Below, piece after piece: positions 9,279 through 11,777 of a stretch of DNA of 11,777 nucleotides. Within the stretch, counting starts at the first letter, position 1. Each line of letters begins with the position of its first letter. This DNA comes from a virus. The stretch lies in UHGV virus genome UHGV-1359708; one strand, written 5' to 3'. The notes under the pieces are model-generated. The model worked only from the letters and a program-made list of their open reading frames with translations, did not search any database and was not told the origin of the DNA. The translations under genes and the position numbers were made by a program.

Positions 9279-10640
9279 ATGATGGCGCGTAGAAACGCGC
9301 TATCATCCTGTACTTTCTTTAAAGATCGGGTAAAAATAGTCATTTTTACATACAATATTATGAATATTTATGAATCATTTTTTACTTATGTGCTACCTGC
9401 GTTGTATGCCATAACATTAATATATTTAAGTGCCGTGTCATTCAAAAAACATGGCGTGTCATTCAAATCTGTTGGGATGTTATTCCTTGTTTTTACTCAT
9501 TTTTTTGGGTATATATCGCTTCCGTTTAGAGTTGGGGCAAAAGTTAGTTCTGCAGAATATATGCCGTATCAATATATAAATGATGTGTCTACGTTGTCGT
9601 TTATTGGTATAGTTTTGTTTTATGTATTCTCTCATACAGCGGCAGGAAGAAATAAAATAACTTTTTCTGATAAATATTTTATTGGTAGCCCAAAATTATT
9701 TGTAAGAACAACGTTGTTTTTAAGTTTTGTTGGAATGATGGCTTTTTATGCTATAAACGGCATATCTTTTAATTCTGATGATTATGCTTTAAAGCTTGGC
9801 GGAAATGCTGGTAGTGGTGTTATTATAATGATAATGTCATCTTTTGTTTCTGCTGTTATAGTGTATGCAATTACATCTGACGATAAGTATGTGTTCGTTA
9901 AATCAATTATAATGTCATTGTTATTTGGGATGGCATATTATGTGCTTATTGGTGGCTCAAGAAATGTAATGTTTTCCGCAATGTTTATTGTTGCTCTTAT
10001 TTGTCACTCTAGAGGCCTAATTGGCATATTGAAGTTAATATGCATAGGCTCTGCGTGCTTAATTCTAATTGGTATAATGGCTATAGTGAGATACTCAGAT
10101 GTTGATATTTCAGAGTCTGGCTCTCTGTTTGGCATTATAGTAAGATATTTAGCTGATAGCGTATCTCCTATCAATTATCAGAGTATAGCTGTTAAATACT
10201 TTAGCAATGATCGCAATGTTGGTGGTATCTATTATTTCTTTACTCAATTTTCAGGGTTTATCCCAAGATTCATATGGCCTGACAAACCAATTGTCACAAT
10301 GAATAGCTCATATTACTTTACCGTGAGTGCTCTTGGTCTTAGCAATGGATTGAATATGGCATCAACTTTGCTTGGGTCATCGCTTGTTATTTTCGGAAAG
10401 TATTTTTTCTGGTGCTCATATGTTATCTCAGGCGTTGTTTTTAGATTTCTTGATAAAATCATATTGATGAGGAGAGTTGGCGTAATACAAATAGCTGCAC
10501 TTATGACAATGCCTTTTTCATTTTTTATGGCAAGGGAGAGCCTTGAATTCTTTTTATTTATTTTCTTAAAAAATATAATAACTGTATCATTTGTATATTT
10601 TTCATATAAGGCAATATACTATATATTGCCTAAAAAATAA
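9279..10640 (+). CDS. Polytopic inner-membrane protein, tentatively a Wzy-like polysaccharide (O-antigen) polymerase or other surface-glycan modifying enzyme; start uncertain (alternative ATG at 9360)
   Basis: Long ORF in conspicuously AT-rich DNA immediately after the tailspike stop (TGA at 9274-9276). AAGGTG at 9270-9275 precedes ATG 9279/9282; the first hydrophobic helix begins right after the in-frame ATG at 9360 (MNIYESFFTYVLPALYAITLIYL). By eye there are at least 10 hydrophobic helix-length segments separated by short basic loops, plus one larger hydrophilic loop (RYSDVDISESGSLFGIIVRYLADSVSPINYQSIAVKYFSNDRNVGG). Size, Phe/Ile/Tyr-rich composition, low G+C and location next to a tailspike resemble phage- or host-encoded Wzy proteins. 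There is no acyltransferase-3 type N-terminal motif and no accompanying gtrA/gtrB. Confidence 0.7.
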   Translation: MMARRNALSSCTFFKDRVKIVIFTYNIMNIYESFFTYVLPALYAITLIYLSAVSFKKHGVSFKSVGMLFLVFTHFFGYISLPFRVGAKVSSAEYMPYQYINDVSTLSFIGIVLFYVFSHTAAGRNKITFSDKYFIGSPKLFVRTTLFLSFVGMMAFYAINGISFNSDDYALKLGGNAGSGVIIMIMSSFVSAVIVYAITSDDKYVFVKSIIMSLLFGMAYYVLIGGSRNVMFSAMFIVALICHSRGLIGILKLICIGSACLILIGIMAIVRYSDVDISESGSLFGIIVRYLADSVSPINYQSIAVKYFSNDRNVGGIYYFFTQFSGFIPRFIWPDKPIVTMNSSYYFTVSALGLSNGLNMASTLLGSSLVIFGKYFFWCSYVISGVVFRFLDKIILMRRVGVIQIAALMTMPFSFFMARESLEFFLFIFLKNIITVSFVYFSYKAIYYILPKK

Positions 10641-10682
10641 AAAACCGCACGCGATAAGCGTGCGGAAGTTCTCATTTATTTT
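10632..10682. terminator. Bidirectional rho-independent terminator between the convergent cargo genes
   Basis: GC-rich hairpin CCGCACGC (10645-10652), loop GATAA, GCGTGCGG (10658-10665). It is flanked by an A-run on the 5' side (10632-10644), which gives a U-tract for the minus-strand transcript, and by a T-rich tail AAGTTCTCATTTATTTT on the 3' side. It lies 5 nt after the + strand stop (10640) and 7 nt after the minus-strand stop (10672-10674). Confidence 0.75.
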
Positions 10683-10989
10683 GCATGTATAGTAACTTAT
10701 TATCTTTTGTGCATTTTACTAATATTTTTTCCTCGCCCCTTGAAGCTATGAACTGGCTATGGCTGTTGAAATCTATGTTATGACCAGCAAAGTCTAGCGC
10801 TATCATTTTGAGGTTTGATATGCATGATGAATATTCTCTTGAGAAAGAAGATCTTAATTTAAAGTTGTCACCTGAAATACTTTGCGTATCATGCCCTTTT
10901 GAGCTTGATGACATAGGATAAAAAGAAATAACAATTATTGTTGTAATGATTATTAATATAATTATATTTAAGCATTTATCCTTATTCAT
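10672..10989 (-). CDS. Small signal-anchored or secreted protein of unknown function (about 105 aa from ATG 10989; 118 aa if the upstream ATG at 11028 is used)
   Basis: Minus-strand ORF in the same AT-rich block. From Met-14 the protein reads MNKDKCLNIIILIIITTIIVISFYPMSSSSKGHD..., that is, a short basic N-terminus, one roughly 20-residue hydrophobic segment, a Ser-rich linker, then a hydrophilic body of about 70 aa. The ATG at 10989 has an AAGG 13 nt upstream; the ATG at 11028 has no recognisable Shine-Dalgarno. No lipobox. Ends at the bidirectional terminator. Confidence 0.5.
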   Translation of the reverse strand: MNKDKCLNIIILIIITTIIVISFYPMSSSSKGHDTQSISGDNFKLRSSFSREYSSCISNLKMIALDFAGHNIDFNSHSQFIASRGEEKILVKCTKDNKLLYMQNK

Positions 10990-11047
10990 TTCCGTTTGCC
11001 TTGTAATGATGTGGTAAATTCGCAACATGGTTGTGCATAAAATTCAG

Positions 11048-11061
11048 TTAAGTATATCACC
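11048..11061 (-). promoter_or_regulatory. Candidate extended -10 promoter element (TGnTATACT on the minus strand) for the small cargo gene
   Basis: Reverse complement of 11051-11061 reads GGTGATATACT, which is TG, one nucleotide, then TATACT, resembling an extended -10 element. No convincing -35 was found. It sits appropriately upstream of the 10989 start. Sequence-pattern evidence only. Confidence 0.3.
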
Positions 11062-11180
11062 AACAAAAATAACGATCGATATGTCTATTCATGCATAATT
11101 TCTCTAGTTTGTTAGTGACATAAAACCAAGTATGTAACAAGATGTTTCCTGTAATTGCTGCAACGCGCTGTTATTGTTCT

Positions 11181-11777
11181 TTAATCAACCTTCCCATCAA
11201 GCCAGTCTGCCCACCACTGCATCATTTCTCTGCGTTTGTCGAGATACTGAGCATGGTTGTATATTCCACGCACAGATCCGCCGTTGGCATGTGCCAGTTG
11301 CACTTCAATAGCGTCAGCAGGCCATTCGTGCTCGTTCATAATTGTGCTGAATTCATGCCTGAATCCGTGACCGCTTTCCAGACCCTCATAGCCGATTTGT
11401 TTGATCACAAGCAGTACAGCGTTCTCGCAAATTGGCTTCTTCTTATCGTTGCGCCCGGCAAAAACAAACTCTGATACTGGTTTGGTGATTGAGCTTAGCG
11501 TAGTGAGAAGTTCAACTACCTGGTCTGACATAGGAACCACATGAATTTTGCGTCCCTTCATCACACTGGCGTCAATGGTGATAATCCTGTTTTCAAAATC
11601 GACGTTCTTCCATAGCATGGAACGAAGCTCTTTTGTTCTGAGGGCTGTGTAGCGTAAAACTTTGGTCGCAATGAGCGATACGATGCTTCCTGAAAATGTT
11701 GCCAGTGCTTTGTTAAATGCCGAGATCTGGTCGGCAGGTAAAAACGGGAAGTTCTTCTTGCGGTATCCCTTCATGGC
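11181..11777 (-). CDS. int: Tyrosine integrase, C-terminal catalytic domain (partial; the N-terminal part lies beyond the window end)
   Basis: The minus-strand ORF runs off the window edge; the ATG at 11774 listed in the ORF track is internal. It contains the hallmark catalytic elements of tyrosine recombinases in order: Arg in ...MKGRKIHVVPMSDQ..., H-x-x-R in ...HGFRHEFST..., and the nucleophile Tyr in ...VRGIYNHAQYLDKRREMMQWWADWLDGKVD (stop at 11181-11183). The C-terminal YNHAQYL..RR.MMQWWAD.LD tail resembles P4/CP4-57-type integrases as I recall them. Confidence 0.85.
   Translation of the reverse strand, partial: AMKGYRKKNFPFLPADQISAFNKALATFSGSIVSLIATKVLRYTALRTKELRSMLWKNVDFENRIITIDASVMKGRKIHVVPMSDQVVELLTTLSSITKPVSEFVFAGRNDKKKPICENAVLLVIKQIGYEGLESGHGFRHEFSTIMNEHEWPADAIEVQLAHANGGSVRGIYNHAQYLDKRREMMQWWADWLDGKVD

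Noticed and set aside
9279-10989. Canonical gtrABC glucosylation cluster or an Oac-type O-acetyltransferase as the identity of the cargo
   Set aside because: No roughly 120-aa four-helix GtrA-like protein and no roughly 300-aa GT2 GtrB-like protein is present; the small ORF has only one hydrophobic segment. The large protein lacks the N-terminal R...H motif region I associate with acyltransferase-3 enzymes. A GtrC-like or other glycan-modifying function is not excluded for the large protein alone.
11029-11180. tRNA gene fragment / attP core adjacent to the integrase 3' end
   Set aside because: No T-arm-like GGTTCGAnTCC or terminal CCA context was found on either strand; the att site cannot be placed from this window alone.
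11142-11474. 110-aa plus-strand ORF overlapping the integrase gene
   Set aside because: It is fully antisense to the integrase catalytic domain, whose conserved R / H-x-x-R / Y motifs read cleanly on the minus strand; it is most likely a shadow ORF.
1-11777. CRISPR array, rRNA or tRNA genes, insertion sequences or transposase genes
   Set aside because: No regularly spaced direct repeats with unique spacers, no tRNA-like cloverleaf signatures, and no terminal inverted repeats flanking a transposase-like ORF were seen. The only repeats are the in-gene coiled-coil codon repeats and short intergenic repeats noted above.

Overview
This window reads as the distal end of the virion (late) operon of a P22-like podovirus or prophage of an enterobacterial host, followed by a compositionally foreign cargo island and the 3' part of a tyrosine integrase gene. 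On the + strand, in tightly coupled order, are homologues of P22 gp10 (tail hub), the gp26 tail needle (here with a 14-residue repeat coiled coil and a C-terminal extension), a small gp14-position protein, the three ejection proteins (gp7-, gp20- and gp16-like), and a mosaic tailspike with a conserved P22-type head-binding N-terminus and a divergent beta-helix receptor-binding body. The stretch of greatest interest is the AT-rich block at about 9277-11030: a roughly 430-455 aa polytopic membrane protein immediately after the tailspike, which I tentatively read as a Wzy-like polysaccharide polymerase, convergent with a small signal-anchored protein of about 105-118 aa across a bidirectional terminator. 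I interpret this as a possible uncharacterised surface-polysaccharide (seroconversion) or exclusion module paired with the tailspike. A P22-style immI region (sieA/mnt/arc/ant) is absent between the gp16-like gene and the tailspike, and no tRNA-derived att core is recognisable next to the integrase 3' end. All homology statements rest on remembered family features and synteny, not on database searches.
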